The position numbers and the translations under genes were made by a program. Positions 43,310-56,233 of a stretch of DNA of 64,000 bases are shown here, piece by piece. Where the stretch lies: assembly GCA_025201805.1 (NCBI GenBank), contig MU619239.1, positions 72,406-136,405 on the forward strand, read 5' to 3'. Numbering within the stretch: position 1 is the first letter of the stretch; every line of letters starts with the position of its first letter. The notes beneath the pieces are model-generated. The model ran no database searches. It worked only from the letters and a program-made list of their open reading frames with translations, and was not told the DNA's origin. Source of the stretch: Parasitella parasitica NRRL 2501 (lineage: Eukaryota; Fungi; Mucoromycota).

Positions 43310-44335
43310 AATAGTGAAACCAGCTTTCAGGGTTTTACCTTGAAGGTATTTCAGGCACCCTTTGTTCACGCTTGTATGATCCAAATTGAGATTAGTGAGG
43401 TTGATTGCACCTAAAATACATAAGCTGTCCACATTTCCATATTTCAGCATCTCATTTCCATACCTGACAAGCAGCGAACGCCCTTATTAGTAACGGATAC
43501 ACATTTTGCAAGGTTTAATGTTCTTAAATTTCTTGTAAAACTGGTTTGCTCAAAGTCGCCCAATAATTTCAAGAATAGATTACTTGTTTCAGTGCGACAT
43601 AACGATAAAGTATCCAGATTAGAGAGTCCTATTAGAGATGTCAACACAGCACTTGGTTGTATGTATTCAGGTACAATATACCTAATAACTGAGAAAGACC
43701 GGAATCTGTTATCAACGTACGATCCAGATAGAGCTTCTCTATATCAACTAGATTTCTTAACAGTCCGAGTCCCGTATCTGTCAGCTTTGTCCCATCTAAA
43801 CTCAAGTATCGTAAATGTTTCATATCAGCAATGTGTCTGGCTCCATCGTCAGTAATGTTTAAAAAGCCTGCCAAATCCAAATGCTCCAGGGGCAATTCTA
43901 TTTATATTTTAGTACTGTACTGTTATTAGCACCATGCCGCTACAAGGTATTTACCTTTAAACCTGGATAAAACACCATCAAGCTCATGTTCTCGATCTGG
44001 AAATTGAATCAGTCGGAGGTGTTTCAATTCTAATAATAAGCATTAAATACAAACATGAAAATAAGCAACTGCGAAACCAACTTGCCTCGAGGTAAAAATG
44101 ACAATCCCCTCGTGCTCACATTTCCACAGCCACCCATTTTCAATTCGACAAGGCTTTTTATCTGGCTGATGATGTGTATCAAATCATCGTCGCCTATAAA
44201 CGTGTTGGTCAAATCTAGTTGCTCCAACTTGGTATTTCTTTTCAACTTGATGATTTCTTGTTGCTGCATGCCTGTGTTGGCCATTGACAGCTGCAATAGA
44301 TTCTCAAAGCCTGCGTATGTTAGTCATCTTGCTTG

Positions 44336-44366
<31 letters not shown>

Positions 44367-46638
44367 GAAGGAGGATCCTTTTACCATTTACTATGGGGAC
44401 TAATGTATTGGACGATTTGACACGTGTACAGCCATCCAGAAGCAGCACTCTGAGGCTGTTTTTGAACTTGCTGTTTGTCACCATAGATGCAATGCCCTGA
44501 TCTGTGATTTTGGTCTTTGAAAGGTTGAGATGATTGAGGTGAAACAGATCTAGTGTATATGTTAATCAAGAAGTCAACCAAGAGATCATGGCATCCAAGC
44601 AAAAAAAGCTTACTTTCCAACGATTTTAAGCCTTTATCAGTGATTTTGCAGTTGCTGACATCCAGATAACCCAAGTTTTTCAGCCCTACACGCAGCATTT
44701 AAATATCAACCAAGCATTGTAGACAAAAAAAAAAAAAAAAGCTACCATTCAATGAACGAACGCCGTTGTCAGTAACCACATCACATCCACGAAGGCTCAG
44801 CTTTGTCACGGAAACCGTCGAATTTGATCTTGCCAAATCTGCAATCAGTGAATCGGTGCAGTACGTGTATGAATCCAGCTTGATATCCTGCAAATAGCTA
44901 TGCCAACCGAGTAAGTACACGCTGCTGTGCATAATAACCAATGCCATTCTACCAATGATCCGCCAGTTTCCTCATGGTGCTTGCATTTAGTTTGCCGTTT
45001 TTGACAAGATACCCCAACAGCGACTCTGCAACTTCAGATGACAAAGTACCAAGACTCTTTAAATAGGTGTTCATCTGTGACGAGTGTTGAGACAGTAGTG
45101 CTATGGGTTTGATATTATCAATAAAAGAGACACTGCAGAATTATCAGTGCCAGTATACGCTTTACCTGCCACTGACGTAGAGCATGTTTCCTGCAAAGAC
45201 TTTGCATGTCGCTCTAATGTAGGCTGGTGGTGGTTCGCTGGTGCATCAGAAATAGTCGACACACGCTGCTCTATGGCCGTTAAAAAGTTGGTTCTACGGA
45301 CATCAGTAATGTCCTCTGCAGTTGCTTCCTCGACTACTGCTAAACCGTGATCAATTCACCTTGCATGTATTCATCCTTTACACTGCTTACTTTCTGATGT
45401 ATTTACAATAGGGGAAGGATCAGTCAGGTGGTGTCCCGTACCAACTCTTCCCCAAATTCGACGAACATTGTGTGCGGGAGGCCGGTGAGGGTCAATTCCG
45501 CTAATAGTGTCGATGTCCATGCCATCCTGCGCTATTCTTTAGCCTGCATTCTTTAGTTTTGCTGCAGAATATATACATACCATATCGTCGTCTAGGTCGG
45601 ATTCCTCATCGCGTGCGACTTCACCGCCTATGCTTCTACCGCTATCAAAGACTCTTTTGTCTTCACTTTGCATTGTTTCTGCCATCTCGGGTGGTGCTGC
45701 AATGTTTACATTTAATGTAACGTTGGGGAAGAATCCAGCCTCTTGTATATTTAATTCCGCATCGTGCACAGTGTATATTCTTTTCGGAAAAGTCTAATTC
45801 GTTGAGGAATGTGTAAAACACACTTTTTTTTTTGTTTTGTTTTGTTTTGCAGTCGATGCCCCACTTACACTGATCAGCGATATATTCTCCAGAGTTGCGC
45901 GTTGATCTGGCGCTTCTTTTTCCATCACAAACTCCAGCACTTTGATCAACTTTGTGTCTGGTGGAAATTTTTGCCGCAATGTCTTTGAATTGGTCCATTT
46001 AAACTATGTTTTGTAAGCTGAGTGTGCAAAACCAGAGTATCTGCGTGTCTATAATTGTACCTGGATGAAAGCAAATTGATCGCTTGAACTGGCCCTTGTA
46101 GGATTGGCAGAGCTGCTTGATGCGTCGCTGGCTTGTGGCCGCATCCTTTGCTTCTGTCTTTCTCTATCCTCCTTGATGTCCAGCAGCGCTCTACGCCTAG
46201 CCTCTCGCTCTGCCAATCTGTCTCTCCTGAGATCGTCGGCCACTCGCTCAAATTTCTTCTTTTGCGAGTGTCTAGCATCTTGGCCATCTTTTTGGTTTTT
46301 TTCAATCTTTTTTTTTTTAAAAAAAAAGATGTGAGTTAGCTAACAATGTTGCCAATGCTACCATGCGATTCATACCAAAACGTTGGGAGTGGGAAGGGAG
46401 CTGGAAGAGGCGACTGGTGCAGAAAAGTGCCTATTGCTTGTCGTTAACGTAGGAGGCTGAGAAGGATCCAAAATCCTACCAAGAAAAGTTGGGTTTATGC
46501 AAAAGCATCCGTTGTTTAGGCTGCCTACCATTCTGCTGCATCTTGCAGTGTCGCGTTCTGCTGTAAAGCTTGCTCACACAGCTCTACTTCAAACCCCAGA
46601 TTCAACAAATAGGCAAGATTCGTGTCATTTAGAGCCAT
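43179..46638 (-). CDS. UBA - coiled coil - UBX - leucine-rich-repeat protein, many exons
   Basis: MALNDTNLAYLLNLGFEVELCEQAL...DAAEW (UBA). REARRRALLDIKEDRERQK coil. AFIQVQL..LRQKFPPDTKL..FPKR..AGFFPNVTL (UBX). SLQETC motif. Many LxxLxL LRRs. Confidence 0.75.
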
Positions 46639-47347
46639 TTTGGACTTGGAGACGCTTAAAGAAAATGCTTGGCTTACTTTTGATCACATTTCTCATCATT
46701 CCAGTTCATGCAGTGACGTATATTTGCGAGAGGCAGTTGTCCTACATTTGACACCCGTCACCGCAAACATGTGCATATGATCCATCATCCTCGCCCAGTT
46801 GATAAAAAAGCAAGCAGATTACGCCAGCGCTGGTTCGCTAAAACGTACAGCCAGAAGCCAAACCTCAGATCAGCTAAAAGGCGTTACATACAGAGTAATT
46901 CCTTGCCAAATTGCGCATTGCTCCGACCTTCTTGTAGCCATAGACCAAAGATCTCGATGGCATTGATCTATACGGTATAATCAGCAGTATTCAGAAGCAT
47001 TCAAAGCCAGTGTTGATCCTCTGATATTCAGGCAGCGCCCATTATGCTGTTGTTTGATCTGCCTGAAATGTTTGGATCATGCAAGCGATAACCAACAGAG
47101 CGGCAAACTCAATTGGCACCGCTAGCGAGCATGCATCGTATGGACAGACATTGCATACCTGCCCAGATTTACTGATGGGAATTCTGCTGCATGTGAAAAA
47201 TAGATCTACTGTCTAACATTCATGATTACCCCGGACGGTTGATGTCACTCCGCTGATTGCTTTTTATCTTTTTGTCAGCATTTATTTGGGCTTTCGCAAT
47301 ATCTCGGTTCCTTTTTACTTTTTTCATCCCAACAAATTACAATCACC

Positions 47348-48332
47348 ATGTCTAATCCTTTGCGTATCTTTGTTCCTGTCAAGCGTGTCGTTGATTACGG
47401 TAGGTAATGGGGAGGGCGTACATTGGTCGTCGTATTCATGTCATGTATTAGCTGTCAAGGTTCGTGTCAACCCTGCTAAAACTGACGTTGATCGTAACGT
47501 AAAGCACAGCATGAACCCCTTTGATGAGATTGCTGTCGAGGAGGCTGTTCGCATCAAGGAAAAGGACCCCAAAACAGAAGTCGTTGCTATTTCTTGCGGT
47601 ACTGCCAAGGCTCAAGAGACCCTGAGAACTGCTTTGGCAATGGGAGCCGATCGTGCTGTTCATGTCGAAGTGAAGGATGATAGCACACTTCAGCCCTTGG
47701 CCGTCGCTAAATTGTTGAAGGCATATGCTGACAAAGAGGCCAACAAGCCTGACCTCTTCATTCTGGGCAAGCAAGCCATTGATGACGATGCTAATCAAAC
47801 TGGACAAATGCTCGCTGGCTTACTCAATTGGCCTCAGGTAGGTTCTTTTTTTCCCACGCACGACTTTTGAAAATAGGGTTTGTTCCTAAAAAAAAAATCG
47901 CATCTTTTTTTGTAATAGACTACTTTTGCTTCCAAGGTTGAGATTAATGGACAAGATCTGAAGGTTGTTCGTGAAATCGACGGTGGCCTTGAAACTGTTC
48001 AAACCAAGCTGCCTGGTATTGTCACAACGGATTTACGGTAAGCCTTTTTTTTTTTTTTTTTTTTTTTTTTGTAGTCGCTGGAGGTGACGAGGCATCAGGC
48101 ATTGACCCTTTCATCTAGTCTCAATGAACCTCGCTATGCTTCTCTCCCCAACATCATGAAAGCCAAGAAGAAGCCTTTGGTCAAATTGACTCCTGAGGAT
48201 CTCGGCGTTGATATTTCACCTCGCATTGAGACATTGAAGGTAGAAGAGCCTCCTAAGCGTGTTGGCGGTCGTAAGGTCGAGAATGTCGACGATTTGATCG
48301 ACAAGCTACGTAATGAAGCCAAGGTTTTGTAA
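47348..48332 (+). CDS. CIR1: Electron transfer flavoprotein beta subunit
   Basis: [70 protein letters not shown]. Equivalent to ETFB. Confidence 0.97.
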
Positions 48333-50740
48333 GCTATAATGACAGAATAAGATAGAGATATCCCCAGCCTCCTTTAAACACATATACACACACATAAAGA
48401 AAATTGATGTTTTGATACAAAAAAAAAGAAATGAATTTTTCCACTGAACACTATGATGTATCTTTTCATAGTACCTCTCTCTCACTTTCACCCCCCCCCA
48501 CTCTTTTGCTCTCTTTCTACTTGAAAAAGGTTACAGTTGTTTATTGACAGACATCTGTGATTCTGGGTGTGTAAGTGTGTCTGTTGACTTTGGATCAAAA
48601 ACCGTTAATTGGATTCAGGAGCGAAGAGCAAGGTTGAAGATAAACACATTTATGTCCTTGGTATTTCAAAATTTTGTATACAGACAATTTTTTATTAATG
48701 GGTGTATTATCTTAGTGGCAGATTGTTTCTTTTCTCTGGCATTTTCTTATTCCTTCAGTTGATCTGGCGTCTGCTAGTGTAGAAGGTCTTGTCAAACAAG
48801 TACCAAACTGGATTATGTATATCCAGTTGCACTGTAGAACAGCTAGTTAAACCTTTACCATCTTTTTCATAATGTTAAAATGGTTCAAAAGTGTGCGTCT
48901 TTGCAAAGTCAAGTAGGTAGATGTTAGGCGTCTGATTTTTTTTTTTTTTTTTTTTGTGAACTTTGTCAGTGTGTTGTTGTCAGAAAAAGGCAGAAGCTGC
49001 AAGAAAACGATTTTTAGTGATCTTAAACACAAAAAAAGTAATAAAAAGTAATGCATTAGACTAAAAGACACCTTTTGATTACACATTTGTATAGTTTAAA
49101 GCAAGTTTTTGTACCTTTCAAGTTGGCATCAGATGAAGGTAGCGACTTTTTTGACTTTTTTCGGAATAGTATATTTTAAAATCGGAGCGTGAGATCGTCA
49201 GGCCAAGTACACACATGCAAGTACCATCATTAGAAACCCAAGAAGCACACCATCTAATTAAATGGTTTGCAATTGTTTTTTTTTAAAAAAAAAAACGGGT
49301 AAGCTATGGCTTCTCAAAGCTAATGCTTTCTTCTAAAAACACCATTTTTTATAGCGGAGATTAAATGCGTCCAATATTGGAAAGAAAAAATTCTTTCAGA
49401 AACTCCATTTGGACAATTCGAGAACAAAATTACTCCTTTGAGGCAAGATATCATCTTCTGATACTATGCATACCACAGCTGTCAGTTTATGATAATAGTT
49501 GTATTTTTGGGCGCTCTACACGCTGGTTTCATTTCATAATCCCCGCGTGCTTATGGCAGGAATTCTTTTGAGAAAACATCAAAGACAGATCAAGAGGGAA
49601 AAGTCAATATTTTGCTTAATCAGAGCGCATTTCCAGTCTTTCAGATCAAGGAATGGTCTTTTGCGATCATTTTCTTCTAATATATGCTGTAGTAAAAAGT
49701 TGCAATTTTGGGGTCAAAACCGAGGATAATGCATAATCGATGATTTTGGATGTGTGGATACAAGGGAAAAAATGAAAAAATCCGTCATTTTGCATCGAAA
49801 AAAAAATCATGCTCAAATTGCACCAAAATCATATATAATGTAGTTGTTTCCCAATGGATACTATTTCTGGCGTTTTCAGGGCACTTTTGATTATGAAAAT
49901 TAATCAAAAAATGGCACACAAAGCTAAATTTCTTGCTTTTAAGCTGTAAAAAATACCTATCTGGAGATGATATCATGTCCATATCAATTCTAGTACACGA
50001 CAAAGTTTATAAAGTATTTTTGAAACCCAAGAATACCTTTCTTCAAATTACTATAATCAAACAGACGTGGCCGATTGAATTAGAAGCAAAAGAGGATAAT
50101 TAATGGATTCGAAATTTTGCTGCAATAGTAACCCCTTGTTGTCTTGTGAATAGTTCATAGGTTGCTAATTGCTAGTGACAGAGAAGCCCTATTACCATTG
50201 AAGCTTATAATAATGCTTACTGTCAGTTCAATAGTTCCTTTTTATGTGACTCTAATGCTACACATGTAAAATAGAAAGTGGCTTTTGGCCAAACTACCAA
50301 CATTCTAGCATCTTTTTACCAATGCAAAGAGATACTCCAATTTTAAAAGGTCGAGCCAGAAGTTTTTTTTTTTATATGTCATTTATTCTATTTGGAAAAC
50401 CTTTAATGACTTGTTGAAAGAGAAGACATTATATAATAGATGAAATGTGATGCATGGAAGTTCCCATCTATCGGTTTTCTATTGCTTTGTTTTCATTTGA
50501 ATTGCAATTATAACAAGGATCTCGGCTCCTTTTTGACTTCCTGAGACATGTGAAGATTGCTCAAAAAGCTTCGAAAGTGCCTTGAAGAAGAAGCAGCAAA
50601 ATTTTCCAAAGATGCCATCTTTTATACCTACTGACATTCCTCTTCGTGACGGTACAACCGACTGCTAAAATTTTTGTAAAATGTAAAACGCAGCTTTTTC
50701 AAGATTAGGAAGCCACCTTTAAGCCATTTCTACAACAGCA

Positions 50741-51777
50741 ATGTCAGGCAGACTTACTCGTGCACACAGAAGAGAAATTGAAAGTAAAACTCATCAGAAA
50801 ATAAACCTGGATGATTTGGCCAAGTTTGAACCTGATGATTTTGTTTCTGATGTCAGCAATGCTCATCCAGCTGAAAAGACCAAAGAGATAGAAGCACAGC
50901 AAAAGAACGAGAAGCAGAAATCGAATGCCACAAAGGAGGAGAACTTGAACAAACAGCAGGAGGAATCTAGCAAAGAAGAATCTAGTGAGGAAGATTCCAG
51001 CCAAGAAGACTCTAGCGACAGTTCTAGCGATAGTTCTGAAGATGATGAAGAAGAAGACGAGGATTTAGACGCCCTTTTAGCCAAAGCACAAGAAGCACTT
51101 GCATCACAAGCCGCTAGCATTGCACTAGAAAAGAGCAGCTCAGATAAAATCAACACTAAACTTTCCAAAATGGATTTAGGCATTTCTGTCGAAAATGAGC
51201 TTTATCTTAAAAAAGCTGGAGGTCGAGCAAAGTTGATCCCTGACGCTGTTGCCTTGGTAGACGATGGGGAAAAGGCTTCTGCCAAAGCAACTGTCGTTTT
51301 GAAGCCTAGTAAAGACGAAAAAAAACTCAACAAAAAGGAGCGTCAAGCTGTAGGTTATTCATTTGCGATTGACACTCCATCTGTCTAATGTTTTCCCATG
51401 CGTAGGAGCGAGAAAAGACAACAGGCAAAGCATGGTTTGACATGCCCAAGACAGAAATGACAGATCAAGTAAAGCGAGATTTGCAAGTGCTTAAAATGCG
51501 TCATATCTTGGACCGCAAGAGACATTACAAAAAGATGGGCAAACGTCCTGATCCAAAATACTTTCAGATAGGCACAGTCATTGAGAGCCCAACAGAATTC
51601 TTCTCTGCCCGCATCAATAAGAAGGATCGTAAGCAGACTATCGTGGACGAGTTGATGGCCAACGATGAACTAAAGCAGTATTACAAACGCAAGCATATCG
51701 AGGTGCAAGAGAAAACAAGCAGTGGAGGCAAGAAGCACTACAAAAAACTCAAAACCCAAAGACAATGGGCCAAATAA
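50741..51777 (+). CDS. FCF2: Fcf2 pre-rRNA processing protein (DNTTIP2 family), one intron
   Basis: Acidic N-terminus. KTTGKAWFDMP, KRDLQVLKMRHILD.KRHYKK, PKYFQIGTVIE.PTEFFS.R. Confidence 0.92.
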
Positions 51778-51904
51778 GCTGCCCCATTCACTCCTGTCAT
51801 ATAAATACCATCTTTTTTTTTTTTTTTTTCTTTGCATGCAAACGTCTTGATAGAATCCCTCCTTATTTTCAATGTGTAAAAATATACTTTATTATGCTCA
51901 ATTT

Positions 51905-53764
51905 CTAATCTGCAATCACTGCCCTTATTGTGTCCGTTTGAGTTTGTCGCACAGCTGCACTTCCAGCAGCTTTGACAGAGGTGACTAGAATAACCACAGA
52001 CAAAACGATAGAGAAATACAGAGCAGCAAGACGGCATTTTTTTTGCCAGCGTAAATCGCTCGGATCCATCAAGCGGCTTTTACTGGACGCTTTCATATGC
52101 ACACTGCCATAATACCACAACAATGGACACACAAAGCCAGCCCAAAATAGCCTCTTTTCTGTCCAGTAGTGAGATTTTTCTAATAATAAAATCCCTGGAT
52201 CAGCCGCATCCGCTGGTTTTCCATCATCCATTGCATATTCGTTGTATGCCAAGGCTGCACAGGCGGATGGTATTGTTTGCGACGGCGATGTCGTATTAGC
52301 AGTGCCGTTTGCTGATTTGTTGCGACCGAATCCGCCTAGTAGTAGCGCAGCGGCCAAAGTCTGTCGTCTGAATGATTTGTGGTTGTGATTATCTTTATGT
52401 GTGCGTTGGTTTTCCTCTTTATCAATAATAGATACGCTAGTAGATTGCAAAGTCGAGCTGCTTCCGTCCAGCGATGAGCCGTTATCGCCACGGATCCTTT
52501 GAAGCATGTCATAGTAATAGCCTTCCTGCACATTGGATGGTGCAGCCTCGTGACACTGGCTGTTGACCAAGGTGATTGCGCTACTGTCTCTCTCCATTTC
52601 ATGCTCGTCTTCTGCTGATATAATTGTCAAGATGGGCGATGGCTTTAGCGGCGGTGTAGGCATGATTTGAGGAATAGTTGCTTCTGCTACGGCTGCCAGT
52701 GGCTGAGCCGCAGCAATAAAAGTGTTGTCTAATGAATGCGAAGTTGGATGGGTGACACGCTGGGCTACAAGAGCGGCAGCTGCAGGCAGATTGACAGAAT
52801 TCCAAGCGTAATATTCGAGCTCGCCTTTGTTGTGCTTGAATGTGCTGAGAGGATGGAATATGGCCTCCCACGACTCTTCTGTTATGCTCTGCTGCTGCTG
52901 TTCGTCATCCTCAAAATAGAACACACTTGTAGATGCGCGAGGAGAAGACGTCATGAGCGATTGGTCATAAAACGGTTCCTCCTCACGTGTGTAAAGCCAA
53001 GGAAGCGCAGAATCTTGATTGTTCCAGTCGTAGATGTCGCTGTAGGCCTCAACAGGTAAAATGATAGGCGGTGGGCAAGATGGCGTTGTTGTCACTTCCT
53101 TTGGCGGCGGCGTGGGTGGGATGAAAGCAGCGGTGGAAAAAGGCAGTTCAAATGCCAGATCTAGATACTCTTTATCATAATCCTCGTCTTGTTGCGGGCT
53201 GGGCTGGCTGATCCATTGGTTACGACCCATGACAATATAGAGTTGTGACAAGAGCTGCTCGTACAGAAATCTCGATTTAGGCTTGAATGTGTATGGCAAG
53301 ATCTCCTCCTGGCTAAAGGGCATGACTGTCTGAAATTCAAGGTTTTCTTGATCCAATGGCTCTAGTTGTGCTGTAGGAGGAGTAGGAGAAGCTTGAGCTT
53401 CAACAATGCATAATCTTAATGGATCCTCTGTCCAAGCAGCTTTTTGAATGCTGTGGTGCATCAGTAAATCCATCGTGTTTTCTTTGGGATAATGCGGTGC
53501 CATGTATTGCTGCTCAACGGTGTCTTCAGTCATGTTGATTGAGATGCGCCGAGTTTCATGATCTTCTTCGATTGCGTTATAAAATCGCTGCATGGGCAAG
53601 CCGAGTAACAAATTTAACGCCTTGTTGGGTTCATTATTCTTCTTTTTCAATGGTGCTGCAGGCAATGGCTTGGGAAGCGGTTTTTCAGCAGGTTGACTTG
53701 AATAAAACATTTGGCAATGAGAAAAAAGAGCATAGTTTGGTCGAACAATGAGCAAAGCTGTCAT
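51905..53764 (-). CDS. Hypothetical protein, disordered with two C-terminal TM segments
   Basis: 619-aa uninterrupted ORF, P/S/Q-rich. C-terminal EKRLFWAGFVCPLLWYYG...RWQKKCR followed by a TM helix. Confidence 0.7.
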   Translation of the reverse strand: MTALLIVRPNYALFSHCQMFYSSQPAEKPLPKPLPAAPLKKKNNEPNKALNLLLGLPMQRFYNAIEEDHETRRISINMTEDTVEQQYMAPHYPKENTMDLLMHHSIQKAAWTEDPLRLCIVEAQASPTPPTAQLEPLDQENLEFQTVMPFSQEEILPYTFKPKSRFLYEQLLSQLYIVMGRNQWISQPSPQQDEDYDKEYLDLAFELPFSTAAFIPPTPPPKEVTTTPSCPPPIILPVEAYSDIYDWNNQDSALPWLYTREEEPFYDQSLMTSSPRASTSVFYFEDDEQQQQSITEESWEAIFHPLSTFKHNKGELEYYAWNSVNLPAAAALVAQRVTHPTSHSLDNTFIAAAQPLAAVAEATIPQIMPTPPLKPSPILTIISAEDEHEMERDSSAITLVNSQCHEAAPSNVQEGYYYDMLQRIRGDNGSSLDGSSSTLQSTSVSIIDKEENQRTHKDNHNHKSFRRQTLAAALLLGGFGRNKSANGTANTTSPSQTIPSACAALAYNEYAMDDGKPADAADPGILLLEKSHYWTEKRLFWAGFVCPLLWYYGSVHMKASSKSRLMDPSDLRWQKKCRLAALYFSIVLSVVILVTSVKAAGSAAVRQTQTDTIRAVIAD

Positions 53765-54158
53765 GCTATTTTAATACATTTCGATGCCAACCGACCCTTC
53801 AAAGTTTATTCCATCAAGGCTATTGTTTCTCCATATCTATTGAGATAGTTCAACAAATAAACTAAAATTTTAATGTGGACCTTCAGCCAAGATGTAGCAT
53901 GCTGTCCTTTATACAAGAATGGCTTGTACGTAAGTCAATCCGCTTGAATTATTTATAGCGTTATACACAACAGTATCTCCATGGTAACATCTACGCAGAT
54001 CCGTTCGATCATTAGCTTGGATGAGCACGCTGCAGAGTGTTTTCAACATCAGCGCAAAAGCGATCATCAAAGCCCAAAAACATTTAATGGGATTTTTCCT
54101 GAAATTAGTAGACCCTTTTTTTTTTTTTTTTGCTTTTCTTTGCGTTTATCAACTCATT

Positions 54159-55153
54159 ATGCCCATCAGTCATTTGAAAAAGTTTTCTACTTGTGAAGTA
54201 AGTCAAGCTGGGAGATTAAGAAGAGGAAAAGAGTGATTGAGCATCTACAGATAGCGGATGCTCTTATCAAACTTGGTAAAGGGCCTTGGGCAGGATATAT
54301 CCCAGGCATTGATCTTTGGTCACCAACGCACTGCGAAGGAGAAACACGTATTGTAGGACCTGCTTTTACTGTCAAGGTAATGCACATTATGTTGATTTTG
54401 CAGCGATAAAGCTAAGTCAAAAGCACTGTAGATGGTACAAAAATCAGACACGACCTCGCCTGTCCCCACAGAGCATTTTGTGAGTATTATCGACTGAACA
54501 GTTGACTNNNNNNNNNNNNNNNNNNNNNNNNNNNNNNNNNNNNNNNNNNNNNNNNNNNNNNNNNNNNNNNNNNNNNNNNNNNNNNNNNNNNNNNNNNNNN
54601 NNNNNNNNNNNNNNNNNNNNNNNNNNNNNNNNNNNNNNNNNNNNNNNNNNNNNNNNNNNNNNNNNNNNNNNNNNNNNAATAGAGGTAAAAAATGCTGTTT
54701 GGGGCGGTCTCATGTCAGCTAGAGCAAAGTCTAAAGGATGCCATGGCGTAGTGATTGATGGGAATGTTCGTGATTTGAACGAACATCGTCAAATGAACTT
54801 TCCTGTAAGTCTTTTTGATGGCTCCATAGTGCGTGTATACATGGCAAGATGCATACTAACCATGTATCTGAAAGGTTTTCGCTAGGTCCCACTCTGTGCT
54901 TCCGCAGAACGCCTTTGTACGACCTTCTGAAGTCCAGGTTCCTATCACACTTTCAAGAGAATCCCCCGTGGTTGTGCATCCAGGTGACATCATTGTAGCT
55001 GATTTGGATGGCATTGTAGCTATACCTCAAGACTTGGTTGAGCAAGTCATTATGAACTGTGAAAAGTATGTCGCAATTGATGATCAGTGCATGGAAGCAT
55101 TAAAAGAAGGTCATGGTGTCAAGGAGACATTTGCCAAATACCGAGGGACCTAG
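54159..55153 (+). CDS. RraA-like / HMG (4-hydroxy-4-methyl-2-oxoglutarate) aldolase family, interrupted by an assembly gap
   Basis: LKKFSTCE-IADAL, VGPAFTVK, AVWGGLMSARA, GVVIDGNVRD, VHPGDIIVADLDGIVAIP. Confidence 0.88.
54508..54677. other. Assembly gap (170 N)
   Basis: Run of N. Confidence 1.
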
Positions 55154-55399
55154 GTTGCAAGAACGCTCGGGCCCGGCTTGATTCCTGCTTGCATAAATAT
55201 GGAAAATATTATTGTTTGACAACAAAACTTTGTGTTCATGTCTATAAAAATGAAATGTTTATTATATAAAATGCTGGATATCTGTACAGTCCAAGAAGAA
55301 GGCATATATGTTTGTAGGGAAAAAAGAAAAAAAGAAAAGAAGAATGGTATGTAAGTTTGTCTCATGATGTTGTATATGTATATGTATATGTGTAAAGTC

Positions 55400-56233
55400 T
55401 TATAGTCTATAAAGAGGGTGAATAGAGGTGGAGGGAGCAGAGGGAATAGGAGATAATGTCATAGATCTATGATGATATGGATGAGCATATGGTAAGCGTA
55501 AGGAAGGCAATGGAATTTTGTGATGTCTCATTGTCATTGTTTGTGCTGTAAAAGGAAAGTCGTCATTGTTATCAGATGATGAATCACTAACAATGCTGCT
55601 GTTGCTGCTAATGTCGTTTGCATAAGAGGAGGGTGCATGTCTGGCATGGGTAGCATCACCGGAAGGAGATGGGAACCATTTTGGTTGAGCATAGTTTGAT
55701 GTTGGTGGTGGTGTTTTGGGGTCACTGAAGCATGATGTAACAGGACTAGTGGGACTAACGGATGATGAAGATGACATTTCTGGGGAGCCTTCTCCCGCCA
55801 ATTTACGTGATTTTCGAATGCCTTGTAGGGTTCTGTAACGGTTGAAGCAAGTAGCGCGCTTGCGATGAGGTAAAAGATCTGAGATTTGTCCCCATGTCAA
55901 TCTCTGAGCAACACCTTGTCGGATGATATTGTCTTCATATTCAGAGAATCTACTACGTGGCTTACCAATGATATGTTGGTGCTGAAGATGCTGTTGATGA
56001 AGGTGATGAAGATTCATAGGCTGATTGCGCTCATGGTGGGTTCTATTGTTGGCCGAGGGAGCAGAAGAAATCGTAGGAGTGGAAATATGTCTAGAGTGCA
56101 CACTTTTGCTGCTGTTGCAGTTGTAGTTGCGGTTGTGGTTGTTAGGCAAAGGGTTAAGCAAATCAGAGACTGTAAAGAATCGAAAATGTTAGTTGACATG
56201 AAAAATGAATACGATCAAATATTTACCATTCAT
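55400..56233 (-). CDS. Myb/SANT-domain transcription factor, with a 7-nt first coding exon
   Basis: ATGAATG|gtaaat...cag|TCTCTGAT gives MNVSDLLNP. Myb repeat RSRFSEYEDNII...TWGQISDLLPHRKRATCFNRY. Confidence 0.8.

Noticed and set aside
46700-47250. Possible small gene between the UBX-LRR gene and ETF-beta
   Set aside because: Splice-like signals are present, but no consistent open frame or recognisable motif could be assembled.
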